DNA from: Zygophlyctis sp. KS116
Lineage: Eukaryota; Fungi; Chytridiomycota
Direction: 5' to 3'
Length of the DNA: 32,000 bases
Assembly: GCA_054661495.1 (NCBI GenBank)
Contig: BAAFSQ010000005.1
Location: 1-32,000, forward strand
The notes below the pieces were generated by a model. That model worked only from the letters and a program-made list of their open reading frames with translations. It was not told where the DNA came from and searched no databases. Positions 1-11,432 of this stretch are shown piece after piece; position 1 is the first letter of the stretch, and each line of letters begins with the position of its first letter. The position numbers and the translations under genes are program-made.

Positions 1-1
1 C

Positions 2-265
2 TTATCTAATTCTTATCACTAGGTTATTTAATTCTTATTTAATTTTTATCACTAGGTTATTTAATTCTTATCTAATTCTTATTTAATTCTTATCACTAGG
101 TTATCTAATTCTTATTTAATTCTTATCTAATTCTTATCTAATTCTTATCACTAGGTTATTTAATTCTTATTTAATTTTTATCACTAGGTTATTTAATTCT
201 TATCTAATTTTTATTTAATTCTTATCACTAGGTTATCTAATTTTTATTTAATTCTTATTTAATTC
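2..265. repeat. 11-bp tandem satellite, 24 units, with a 12-unit (132-bp) higher-order period
   Basis: Parses exactly into 11-mers TTATCTAATTC / TTATTTAATTC / TTATTTAATTT / TTATCTAATTT / TTATCACTAGG. The order of units 1-12 is nearly repeated in units 13-24. It runs off the left edge of the window. Confidence 0.95.
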
Positions 266-277
266 TTAAGCAAAAAA

Positions 278-283
278 ACGCGC
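278..283 (+). promoter_or_regulatory. ACGCGC motif just upstream of the ATP5 start (MCB/E2F-like core)
   Basis: AAAAACGCGC lies about 17 nt before ATG 300. The same ACGCG core recurs near three other start codons. Confidence 0.35.
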
Positions 284-299
284 TGAAAAAAAACTGAAA

Positions 300-932
300 A
301 TGAATCCAGTTTTGGCAAAAGCTAAATTACTCTCTCCCAGACTCTTTTCTACTAAACCTGCGGCGGTTAAAGTTCCTGTTACTCTTCATGGAATAGAAGG
401 ACGTTATGCAACAGCTCTTTTTACTGCTTCTGTAAAGGAAAATAAATTACAAGAGGTGGAAGGAGAGTTGGCCAAGATTTCTCAGATTCTAAAAAAGGAT
501 TTGAAATTAAATGATTTTCTAAAAACTCCCTTGGTTGATAGAATGGAGAAGGTTAAGGGTGTAAAGCAAATGCTACAGGGAAGATATTCAAAATTAATAG
601 AGAATTTCTTTGATATTTTGGCAGAAAATGGAAGATTGGATCAAACTGAAAAAATTATAAATTCTTTTAATTCTTTAATGGCGGCTCAAAGAGGTCAGGT
701 TAATGTTGTAGTCACGTCTGCAAAAGGTCTAGAACCAAAAATTATGTCGAAATTAGAAGGAATTTTAGGAAAAAGTTCTCTAGTAGCTAAAGGAAGTACT
801 GTTTTAATGTCTAACAAGGTTGATCCAAATTTATTGGGTGGATTAGTCATTGAAGTAGGAGAAAAAACAATTGATTTGTCAGTGTCTTCAAGAATTACTA
901 AACTAAATTCACTATTGGCTACAAGTGTTTAA
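300..932 (+). CDS. ATP5: Mitochondrial ATP synthase OSCP subunit
   Basis: Intronless ORF with a basic N-terminal presequence, the GIEGRYATALF motif and the C-terminal VDPNLLGGLVIEVGEKTIDLSVSSRI typical of OSCP. Confidence 0.95.
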   Translation: MNPVLAKAKLLSPRLFSTKPAAVKVPVTLHGIEGRYATALFTASVKENKLQEVEGELAKISQILKKDLKLNDFLKTPLVDRMEKVKGVKQMLQGRYSKLIENFFDILAENGRLDQTEKIINSFNSLMAAQRGQVNVVVTSAKGLEPKIMSKLEGILGKSSLVAKGSTVLMSNKVDPNLLGGLVIEVGEKTIDLSVSSRITKLNSLLATSV

Positions 933-939
933 AAAAAAT

Positions 940-2414
940 TTACAATTTTTGAATTACTGTATTGAATATTTTAAATCTCCAAAGAGTATTATCAGTCTCT
1001 AGTGGTTTAAAGGATTCACTGATTTTAGAATTTTATAAAAATTACACTAGGCATTCAAAGTATTCATCACTGATTCTAGATATTAGACCTTGTAAAGACT
1101 CTAAAGACTTTTTGTCTTTAAAGAGATTTACAGGTAAAAGATTTGATAAAAAGTCTATCGCTTCTTGATCAGAACAAATAAGAGGGATTGATGCCGTTTC
1201 ATCAGTCACTAGTAAAGAGAATAAGAATTGAAAGGTAGAACCAAGATTAATTCCGCATTTACAATTTTCTGGATGATCTAATGGATCAAAGCTTTTAATT
1301 AGGAAAAAAGGAATTACATGACTTGACAATTTATACATAGAGGTCTAGAAAAATATTCAAGTTTTTTGGGTAAATAATCCAATAGTCGCACTCGTATTTT
1401 AGCTTTAAGATGACAATTTGAATTTAATATTGAAGATATTGACATTATTTCTAATGATCCACCTTCTAATAATCCTAAAATATTAATATATAAAAATATA
1501 CTTACTTGTAGGACATTTTGAAAGAGATTTTTGACATCTTCTATCCATTAAAACTTTTTTAAAATCTACATTTTCATTTCAATCACTGCTGGATGATTTA
1601 AATCCAAGACTTGAACAGACTTTAATGATGGAAAAGTTTTATCAGTATGTATAACACCTTCCAAATACCCTCCAGCAGAAATCTTTGATCGTACATTTCG
1701 AAGAGAAATAAAAGAATTTAATGGAATATTTGACACTAAATCTACATTTTCATCCCTAAATTTACAATTTTTAGTAATTACCAAAGAGTTATAGTAAAAA
1801 TACAAGGTTGGTCCAGTGATAGCCCTTGAATATCCAATCTCTTTACAAGTTTTAATTCCTTATTAATTGTAAAATCCACGACTTCAATCATAATACACGA
1901 TTGTATCATATTTCCATAAAACTTATTAATCATCTTTTCTTTTAGATTTATAAATTACCAGACCATAAAGATCAAAGAATTTGTTTTTTTCTACATTATT
2001 TAGAGTCTTGAATTCCCTTAATCTGGAAACATTTTCAACCGTCCCAAGTCTCTCTAGACTTTTAAATCTATTTTTGAATTCTGTAGAGTCTAGATTTGGA
2101 TGATTATTTAGAAATAAATTCAAATCTGTGACTACTTGAACCATTGAATCCGATTGTACACTTGCCTGAAGTCTATTCCCAAACGGCGATTGAACAAACT
2201 TTCCCTGAAAATACAATATATCTCCCTGTTTCAACACAATGAAATCAGACTGATCTTTACTAAAAACCGTAATTATAACTTGTGCAGTCTCATCTGCGCC
2301 TTGAATACTCTGAAAATAAGAATTAGATTTAGATTTTGAAATTTCCTTTACAGTCATTACCTTTACTAGACTATATTCAATGGATCCAGGAATGATTTGT
2401 GAGAGCGATAACAT
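940..2414 (-). CDS. POT1: Protection of telomeres 1, multi-exon OB-fold protein
   Basis: N-terminal OB fold. The segment FISLRNVRSKISAGGYLEGVIHTD resembles Pot1pC. The C-terminal OB3 has RVRLLDYLPK..CINC...CKC and ends FECLVESF..WRFKIFNTVIQKL* after intron 1019-1045, with the stop at 942-940. Confidence 0.8.
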
Positions 2415-2620
2415 TTTACTCTTTTAAAAAAATGATTTTCTTTTAAATTTAAACATGTTTTATTAAATATTAGAAATTATAGTATTGGATTATACTATTT
2501 TATGGAATATTTCTAGTGAATTTAGATAATTGTCTGTTTCCAGAGGTCGTTTTTCCAATTTGAAAGGAGAAAAACGCGCAAATTCGCAAATTAAAATTTT
2601 TTCAAAAAAAATAAAAAAAA

Positions 2621-3482
2621 ATGTTTAGAAATCAGTAACTTTACCATGGCTCTAATACTTAGATATGATTCTGACGTGTCCACTTGGTCGCCGCAGGTAT
2701 TTTTATAATAAAATTTAAATTAATATTTTAGGGACGTTTACATCAAGTGGAGTATGCACTTGAAGCAGTGAAACAGGGCTCTGCAGTCGTTGGTTTAAAG
2801 TCTAAAGATTCGGTGGTTCTAGTTGCGCTTAATGTATGATTTTTTAGACTTAGATACAGAGATCACCGTCGGAATTGGCTGCTTATCAAAAGAAACTCTT
2901 TAAAATTGATTCGCATGTTGGGATTGGGATTGCTGGGCTTTGGTCGGATGCAAGAGTTCTTTCTAATTTTATGAGAAGTGAAACTCTAAGATCTAGAATG
3001 GTTTATAAACGATTATTGCCAGTCTCTCGTTTGGTTCATGCCGTTGGTGATAAGGCACAGGGAAATACTCAAAAAATGGGAAAACGTCCTTATGGTGTTG
3101 GTTTATTGGTTGCAGGGGTAGATGAGACTGGGGCTCATTTGTATGAATGTGCTCCATCTGGAAATGTTTTTGATTATAGAGCTGTTGCAATTGGAGCACG
3201 AAGTCAAAGTGCTAAAACTTACTTGGAAAAACATTTTGAGAGTTTTGATAATGGTTTATATATTTTACTAATTAAATAGCAACTCTGGAACAGTTGGTTG
3301 TACATGGTTTAAATGCTTTAAAGGATACTCTGCAATCTGAAAAGGAATTAAATATCAGCAATTGTTCCATTGGAATTGTTGGAAAGGATGTCAAGTTTCA
3401 TATTGTGGAGTCTGAGGGTTTACAAGGATTTTTAGACAAGTTGAATGAAAGTAGTGAAGTTGCAATGGAAACAGACTCTTAA
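2621..3482 (+). CDS. PRE5: 20S proteasome subunit alpha-6 (PSMA1)
   Basis: Spliced N-terminus [33 protein letters not shown]. Introns 2635-2662, 2697-2731, 2834-2859 and 3254-3279. Contains [11 protein letters not shown] and [12 protein letters not shown]. Confidence 0.95.
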
Positions 3483-6422
3483 GTACCATATAGCTCTGTA
3501 AACCTTTGAAAATATAATCTTGCTATTTCCAAAGTATAGTTGAACCGTTTTTCTTTATCGCTCTCGCATAATTCTTTTCGTCCCTTTAATTAGATTTATA
3601 AATATCTTACAATCACTTTTAAAAGTTTGCTGTCAGATGTTAAATCTACAATTAGGTTAATAAATTACAGTATGCTTTTTCCAAAAGTAAAATATTGTAG
3701 AGACACGAAGTGGTGCCCATATGTCCAGGAAATTCTTCTACTAGTTGAATTAATGGGTTTGGTGTATCAACCCATTTCTCTAGCTCTGAAACAGCTTCAT
3801 CAAAGCTGATCTCTGGAAGCATTTGACTTAAAAATGGAATAAATACGTGCGCTTTAAATTAGACTAGATTAAATTACCGCCACTTTTTGAGGCACTGAGT
3901 AAAACATGCTCTTTGAAATTGGATCTTGAAAATATTGAAGCTAGAAAATCTAGTCGTGAAAAATGATACGTTGCAATGGCCAATCCATTTAGGTAATTGC
4001 TACAATGTGAAAAAATATGATTACTGGAATGCGTGGGTGTGTGATGACCAATCGAAAAAACAAAGCTCTCCGAGCGCAAAACAAAAATCGGCAGATGTTT
4101 GGCTGGAAACTAGAAATTCATAAGTATTCCTGAGAAAGCATAATATTCGGGTATACCCGCTTTCAGAGAGATTAATTATCGTTTTGATAAAATCAGAATC
4201 CTTTTCGTCCCTCTCCACATCATCAGTATTAAAATTTGTTCTAACAATATTTGCGCATTTCCCAAACCAATCCAAACATAGCTTTAAATTAATCCCAAGA
4301 AACATACCGGAATTCTGTAACTAATCCAACCTGCAAGGCAGCCACCAATCATTTGTAAAAGTTCAACTGTCCCACAATCATTTAATGCCTTTACGAGATA
4401 ATTCCAGATATCTCCAACTGAGAGCTGCATAGTTAGATAGTATGCATAGTTCTTTAGTTGAAGCATAATTTGGGTTCTATCAGTATCCATATCAAATTCG
4501 TTGGTAGAATTTTTCTGAATTTCAGACATTAGCTGGGACATTATAAATATGTTTCTCATGGTTTGTAAAAATGCCCTTGCGTTTGCGTCAGTATGTGTTT
4601 CTATGAGAATCATTAAAATTAAAAAGTACCCAAGATACTAGAAAGACGATTCAATATTGAAAAAGAGCTGCTCTCCTGTACCTTATCTCTTGGATTGAAT
4701 AATGTTATGCATAATCTCCCCAATAAAGAAGTTTCAGGAGCTTCGTCGGTGTTTCCAAAATATCGATCTATCCAATCATTTATCTGATTTGCATCATAAG
4801 AATCTTGAGATTGTATGTAAAAATCTAATACTGAAGTTTGATGTAATTTTAGGAGTTCTTTATCAACATTGTCATTTAGCGATTCGGAAAAATATTTATA
4901 AATTGCCTCTATAAGTGCGACAGATGAGGCAAAATAATTTCTGTCATAGAGAAAGCGTGCCTGCTGCAATAAAATATCTGGAATTTCGACATTTTCTGAT
5001 TTGTCTAATAGATCTTTTGCAAGCATGGTGTATTTCATCATATCTTCCATCTTTTCAAAGACACAATGTGAGCGTAAAACATCCGCAAGATTTTCTTTAT
5101 CCAAATCAAAGCTTCTAATCCCATAATTCAAATCCTTACAATAACTATTCTTTACAATATTTATATCCAAAAAAGCTTCTTCACCTCCGCATCCGATTTT
5201 CCACAAAGAATCAGATTTGATAAAACTCATCAGTCGATATCTTATTCTATCAAACTTTGCCAACTGATCTGTCGAATTATAAGGAGTAAGAGACAATATA
5301 GTTTGAAAAGCATTCCACATTTCCTTGGCTAAAGATTGATCAATGCAGGATTTTAACAGTGGAACGAGATTCAATTGTAACTTGAGTGTCATATCGTAAA
5401 TATCATCGGATCCAAACAATGCACAAGTATATAATATGATGGCATCCTTTGAAAAACGAGAAAAATTCAAATCCTTAATGACCTGAATTTGAATATCTAC
5501 TGGCAAATTTGACTTTACGACACTCTGTGAGAAGACGTGTATAATTTCACGAATACTGTTTTCATCTCTGGAATGACTCTTGAACTTTAAAAATAGCGGA
5601 CACCAATCCAGTTTCAATTTCCCCTTTAAATGAAGATCATTAAGATTCTCGGGAATAACTGATAGCGTCATCTTTAACATTTTTAGCAGTTTTGCATCAT
5701 TCACCGGACTAAAATCATAAAAATATCAAAAAGTATACCCAAACTTTGGATCCTCATAAATTCTTGCATCTTCTATCCACTCATATACCTTTAATAGTCT
5801 CTGAGCTGCTAATACCCATTTTCTGGACTTGAAATAGAATTGACCAAGTTCAAATGCTATCCAACAACATTTCTCCAAACTTTTGATGTATTGAAAGTGA
5901 TCCGTTGCCTTTTCTTATTGATTAAAAGTATTACCATTTCCTTTATTGAATCTAAAAGCGCATCCTCTACATATCTACTCGACTCTGACTGATCTAGATA
6001 ACAAATATGATACTTTAGCAGCGCCTCTCGTGCAACAGCGATCGGTACAAATTCAACTCTGGTATTAATTTTCAATATTTACTCTAGTATGGCTAAATAT
6101 ACCAGTGGTAGTAATTCTTTTCTTATCCGCTGTTCAAGATCAATTAAATGGATTTTTTTGAATACAATGGTCTGGCGGTTAATGCTGAATGGAATACCTG
6201 GGCTAAACAGCTGAGTATAATTTCTTGCCGCTGCGGCATCTGAATGATCTCTTCGTCTTCAAATCTACTGATCGTCCAAGATTCCAGCTTCAGCTCCTGC
6301 GTTAGAGTCTCAAAAAGCGCATCGGCGTCTTGGACTGAATCAAGCTAAAAGTTTAGATTCTCTCAAGTTACAAAGGACGAAAAGGCAAATCGCAAATATC
6401 CATGTTTAATCAGCAAATCCAT
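3479..6422 (-). CDS. Large multi-exon helical-repeat protein, probable Integrator subunit 8 (INTS8-like), roughly 890 aa
   Basis: The parts I traced read through after removing tiny introns (e.g. 6345-6371). Motifs AFELGQFYF, FLSQMLPEISFDEAVSEL and CLYNILLLEKAY, and the terminal [13 protein letters not shown], resemble the INTS8 layout by eye only. Confidence 0.55.
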
Positions 6423-8146
6423 CAAAGTTTAGGTCTCGGAATGGACAAGATATTGTCATAACAGAGACTAGTCAAGAAATCAGCATATTCCTTACCAAGA
6501 ATTGTTCCAGCCAAAAGAGTCTTTGCAGATTCAAACTGAGATTTAGAATATTTTTCACCCATTCCTTTTCGAATTTTTGATACCTCGTCATTCAAAATTG
6601 AACTCACATAATCTGGGGTTATAGTTCGACCTTCCTTTGTCTTTGCAGAATGACGAACCCATTGCCAGATCTGAGATCGAGAAATCTCTGCAGTCGCAGC
6701 ATCTTCCATAAGATTATGGATTGGTACACAGCCATTTCCACGTAACCATGCTTCCATATAAACCAATGCAATATTGACATTCAAACGAAGACCATTTTCT
6801 GTTATAGCACCCTTTTCAAAGCCTTGAGTGGAAATGAGATCAGCTGCAGTAACATTGACATCTTCTCTTCTAATTTGCAATTGATTTGACTGAGGCATAT
6901 GGGCATCAAAAATTTCTTTTGCCAATTTTACCAAATCAGGATGAGCAACCCAGGTTCCATCATGACCAGCCTTAACTTCACGTAATTTATCTGCACGAAC
7001 CTAAAATAAATATTTAGAAATAAACCTTTGTCATTGCAGTTTCATTTGCAGCAGGATCATCTTTTATAGGAATTTGAGCAGCCATTCCACCCATAGCATG
7101 AACACCACGCTTATGGCACGTTTTAATCAGTAATCGAACATAAGCATCCATAAATGGCGTAGTCATTGAAACATCACTACGATCAGGAAGTACAAAGCGA
7201 GCATGATTTCTAAATTTCTTTATAAAAGAGAAAATATAGTCCCATCTACCACAGTTTAATCCAGATGAATGATCTCTAAGCTCATAAATGATTTCTTCCA
7301 TTTCAAAAGCTGCCAAAATAGTTTCAATCAATACAGTACCACGAATAGTTCCTCTAGGAATAGAAAGCATATCTTGCGCAGTGTTAAAAATATCATTCCA
7401 AAGTCTATTTTTCTTAATTTGATTTAAAATACCTAGCTTCCAAATGAGATTCCATTTTTGGAAGATAAAAATAAGGACCAAAACCTTGTTTTACAGTTTC
7501 AACGGCATTATGAAAGAAATAAAGCCCAAAATCAAAAATAGAAGCTGACATTGGCTCCCCATCAACCAAAAAATGTTTTTCTTCCAAATGCCATCCTCTA
7601 GGTCTTACTAAAAGAGTCGCAATCTTATCATTGAGTTTATAATATTTCCCATTTGGAGCAGTAAAAGTAATTGTACGTCTGACTGCATCTCTCATATTAT
7701 ACTGCCCAGCCAGATTATTCTCCCAAGTTGGAGAATTAGAGTCTTCAAAATCTGCCATAAAAGTACATGCTCCAGAATTTAAAGCGTTTATAACCATTTT
7801 CCGATCTACAGGACCTGTAATTTCAACTCTTCTGTCAACTAATCCTGGAGCTGGAGGAGCCGCTTTCCATGTCAAATCATTTCTGATTCCTAGTGTTTCC
7901 GGTAAAAACGTAGGAAGCTTTCCTAGTAATTAAAAGTATTTAAAAGTTACCGGCATCTAATTCCAACTGTCTTTCATTTCTCTTTTTCAGTAAAGCCTTT
8001 CTAGTCCCATTATAGGTTCTGTAAGATTTAGTTTATCGGGTATACCTTTGCAAAGTAGCTAAAAACTCTTGTGCAGGCAAAGACAAAACATCGGCATATT
8101 GCTGAGGCACAGGCGCAAGAATAGAGACTCCAGAGATTGTTTGCAT
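6422..8146 (-). CDS. MLS1: Malate synthase A, peroxisomal/glyoxysomal
   Basis: Motifs [33 protein letters not shown] and [18 protein letters not shown]. Introns 8019-8045, 7923-7950, 7405-7432 and 7001-7025. The C-terminal PKL is PTS1-like. Confidence 0.96.
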
Positions 8147-8328
8147 CTTTTGTTTGTTCACGCGAAATTTGCAAGTTTCGGACACTCACTCTGTTGTCGT
8201 TTGTCATGAATGCTAATGACTGCTCATAATCTTGGTTGCATCATCAGCCTGTTTAGCTTCTTGATGCTAGGGCGATCATCATTTCACAGCACTTATCATT
8301 TCACCTCAAGATTAAAAGTAGGTTAAAA

Positions 8329-10372
8329 ATGTTTAAACCAACAATCGCACTCTTGGCATTTGTGGTATCAAGTCTTAGTATAGGAAGACTAGAAGAAATT
8401 TATAAGGAATCTTTGTTAAAGGAAAACGCTAGAGAAACCAGTCAATTTCTGACTTCAAAAGTACATGTTGCTTCAACTAAACAAGATGAGGAAACAGCAC
8501 AGTTTATGACTGATCAGTTTAAAAGTTTTGGGATAAAAACATTTGTAAAGGAATATTATCCATTGTTACACTTTCCGGTTTCTACAGAATTGAAACTTTT
8601 AGAACCATATGTGTATAATGCAACTTTAATTGAAAAATCTGATTCTAATATACCATGGCTCGCCTATTCTCCATCAGGGAATGTTGTTTCTAGTCTGGTT
8701 TATGCTAATTATGGGTCAAGAGAGGATTTTACATTATTAGAAATTAATGGAATTAATGTAACTGGACGTATTGTTTTGGTAAGATATGGAGTAGGATTTA
8801 GAGGATTGAAAGTAAGAGCTGCACAAGAAGCTGGAGCAGCTGCAGTGTTAATATATTCAGATCCTCAAGAAGATGGTTATGTAAGAGGTCCAGTTTATCC
8901 AGATGGTCCTTGGAGACCTTCTTCTGGAGTACAAAGAGGTTCAATACACTATCCCAATTTTTATCCTGGTGATCCTCAAACTCCAGGATATCCTGCTAAA
9001 AAAAATTGTAAAAGGGTACCAATAGAAGAGGCAGATGCATTGCCAAAAATACCAGCACTGCCAATAAGTTATGGTGATGCTCAATATTTTTTAAAGGCTC
9101 TTGATAAGAAAGGGATTTTAGCTTCAAAACTTGGTAAAAACTGGCAAGGCGGATTGCCTTTTTCTTATTACACGGGTCCAGGAGGTCTTGTTTCTCTAAA
9201 ATTAAATATGACTTTTCAAATTAAGCCTATTTGGAATGTTTTTGGTTCTATTCCTTCTGGAAAAGAGAATGATACTCAAATTATACTAGGTGCACATAGA
9301 GACGCTTGGGTTTATGGAGCTGTAGACCCAGTTTCAGGATCAACTGCTCTTTTAGAAGTTGCGCGTGGTTTGGGATTCTTATATTCTTTAGGATGGAGAC
9401 CTAAAAGATCAATTTTATTTGCTAGTTGGGATGCTGAAGAATATGGAGTTATTGGATCTACTGAATGGGTTGAAGAATACTCGAAAGAACTCTCGAAAAA
9501 AACAGTTGCGTACTTGAATATTGATACTGCTGTAAAAGGAAGTTTATTTACCGCCAAAGCAAGTCCATCTTTAAAAAAATTGATTTGGGATGTCACAAGA
9601 GATGTTTATGATCCAAAAACAAATCAAACCATCTATGATATTGTATCTTTATTTAATAATTTAATAGTGGTATAAAAATTCAAAATCTTTGACTGAAGAT
9701 GAACCTTTTGTATCTCCTTTAGGCTTTGGATCAGATTACGTGGCATTTTTGCAATATGCAGGAATTCCATCTATGGATCTATCCTTTTCAGGACCATATG
9801 GAGTATATCACTCTGAATTTGATAATTTCGACTGGATGACAAAGTTTGGAGATCCTGATTTTTCCTACCATATCACCATGTCAACAATTCTAGGTTTCTG
9901 TATCTTGAGACTCTCAGAGTCCAAAATCCTACCATTTACGTATGTACCATACTCCAATTCTTTATTTGAATATATGCAAGAATTTTCAGTAGCATTAGAT
10001 TCTAGCCCTTTTAGAAATAATGTATCAATAACTCCTTTATGGTATATTTTGGAAGAGTATCGGACTACAAGTCAACATTTTGATCAGATCGTGTCTTCAT
10101 CTAAATCTTTAGAGACTTTAGAACCTTGGAATCCTGAATACCTTGATGCAATCATGATGAAATCTGAATCATGTTTTCTAGATCCTTTAGGAATCCCTGG
10201 ACGACCCTGGTACAAACATATTGTTTTTGCACCTGATGAATGGTCTGGTTACAGAGCCAAACTATTCCCTTCGCTTCATGAATCTCTTTCTGGATCTATA
10301 AACTCTATTAACCTGGCAATTACTCAAACCTCTAGGATATTGAAAAAAGCAGTCTCATGTTTACAAATTTAA
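8329..10372 (+). CDS. M28B glutamate carboxypeptidase II / Vps70-Tre-like peptidase (PA + M28 + TfR-dimerisation domains)
   Basis: Hydrophobic N-terminus and a PA domain (YANYG..EDF, RYG..FRGLKV). Metal-ligand motifs GAHRDAW, GAVDP, WDAEEYG, YLNID and YHSEFD are intact. Also GRPWYKH. Intron 9643-9667. Confidence 0.9.
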
Positions 10373-10374
10373 AT

Positions 10375-10610
10375 TTAAAAAGGTTCTTTAAAGTAATACC
10401 ATAGTCTAATTTTAAGATGATCCAACTGACCAGGAAGAATAATTATACATGTATAGGTAGTTAATAAGAATAATGTTATCACTAGACAGTCTAGTTTTAA
10501 TAAATGAACAATTTACGGATAATCATTTTCTCCCATTTCTGAAGCATATAAAGCCCAAATGTTAACTCATACTGATGTAATAATAGCGATGCCTTGTTGA
10601 CGAGACCCAT
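10375..10610 (-). CDS. Serine palmitoyltransferase small regulatory subunit (SPTss/ssSPT-like), 69 aa
   Basis: Not in the ORF track. With intron 10491-10516 it reads MGLVNKASLLLHQYELTFGLYMLQKWEKMIIHCLVITLFLLTTYTCIIILPGQLDHLKIRLWYYFKEPF*. QYExTFGLYMLxxWEK followed by one TM helix is the family signature. Confidence 0.85.
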
Positions 10611-10654
10611 ATTAAACCACTAAACTTGGCCTACTAGTAATCGGTTAAGTCAAT

Positions 10655-11152
10655 ATGATCATTGGCATCACTGGCGGACTAAAGGCTGGGAAAAGGGAAT
10701 TATGTCTGGAAATCAAACGGCAGCTAGTCGGATTAGACATCTCTGTAATTAGTATGAATGATTATGTTCAAAATAATCCGTGTATTCCATATCAGGACTT
10801 TATTAATACTTGTAAGGCAATTAAAGATCAAGGGCGATCGGCCATTGTCTATGGTAAAGATTTACTCCTGTATGAGAATATAAGAGATTTGATAGACTTG
10901 AAGATCTTTTTAGACGTGGATTCAGACATTAGACTCTCTAATTTGGGTAAGTATAATGACTAACCTATAGTTTCTTGGGAATCTCAAGATTCTACTTTAG
11001 ATCTGATAGATCATTATCTATCGTCTATTAAACCAGATTTCGACAATTGTATACTCCCAACAATCAAGTTTGCTGATTTAATCATTCCGAGAGGAAAAGA
11101 TAATCAAGTTGCTATAAGAATGCTAATAGACTACATAAATCATAAATCATAA
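10655..11152 (+). CDS. Degenerate uridine kinase-like protein (Das2-like pseudokinase)
   Basis: Motifs IIGITGG, DLKIFLDVDSDIRL and IKPDFDNCILPTIKFADLIIPRG..NQVAI. Intron 10947-10970 has a GACTAAC branch site. The P-loop is altered to GGLKAGKRE. Confidence 0.8.
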
Positions 11153-11156
11153 AATA

Positions 11157-11381
11157 TTATTTTTGTGTTGCTGCCATGAGATTATTAATATATTCCAGCA
11201 TTGTAGCATTTTCCTCTGATAGTTTGAAATGGGCAGATTTAGCGCTCTCAACTCGTAGAATTGATGATGATAAAGTGTCTTGTAGACAGAGGATTTGGCT
11301 TATAAGAGAATCTTTTTCGGAATTCATAGTATCAACAGTAGGCTCTGAAAGGTTGGTTTGGATCTCTAAAGACTCTGACAT
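11157..11381 (-). CDS. SLO1: Short coiled-coil protein (SCOC/UNC-69/Slo1 family)
   Basis: EKDSLISQILCLQDTL...RVESAK....KLSEENATMLEYINNLM matches the SCOC pattern. Confidence 0.85.
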   Translation of the reverse strand: MSESLEIQTNLSEPTVDTMNSEKDSLISQILCLQDTLSSSILRVESAKSAHFKLSEENATMLEYINNLMAATQK

Positions 11382-11432
11382 CAGATTTTCGATTGTATTT
11401 AATATTTTCCGTTTTTAAAATTCTTGAATTCT

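Noticed and set aside
2-265. Array as a telomere (it lies near POT1) or as a CRISPR array
   Set aside because: There are no (CCCTAA)n-type units, and the TAGG-bearing strand points the wrong way for a left chromosome end. There are no unique spacers, and the context is eukaryotic. Proximity to POT1 is probably coincidence.
8178-8284. Possible box C/D snoRNA on the minus strand (ATGATGA at 8282-8276, internal CTGA)
   Set aside because: There is no canonical terminal box D or terminal stem and no recognisable rRNA guide. It lies in the MLS/M28 divergent promoter.
11379-11383. TGATG at the SCOC start as another coupled junction
   Set aside because: That TGA does not terminate the upstream NME8-like ORF, which stops at 11433. 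It also shows that such pentamers can arise by chance in AT-rich DNA.
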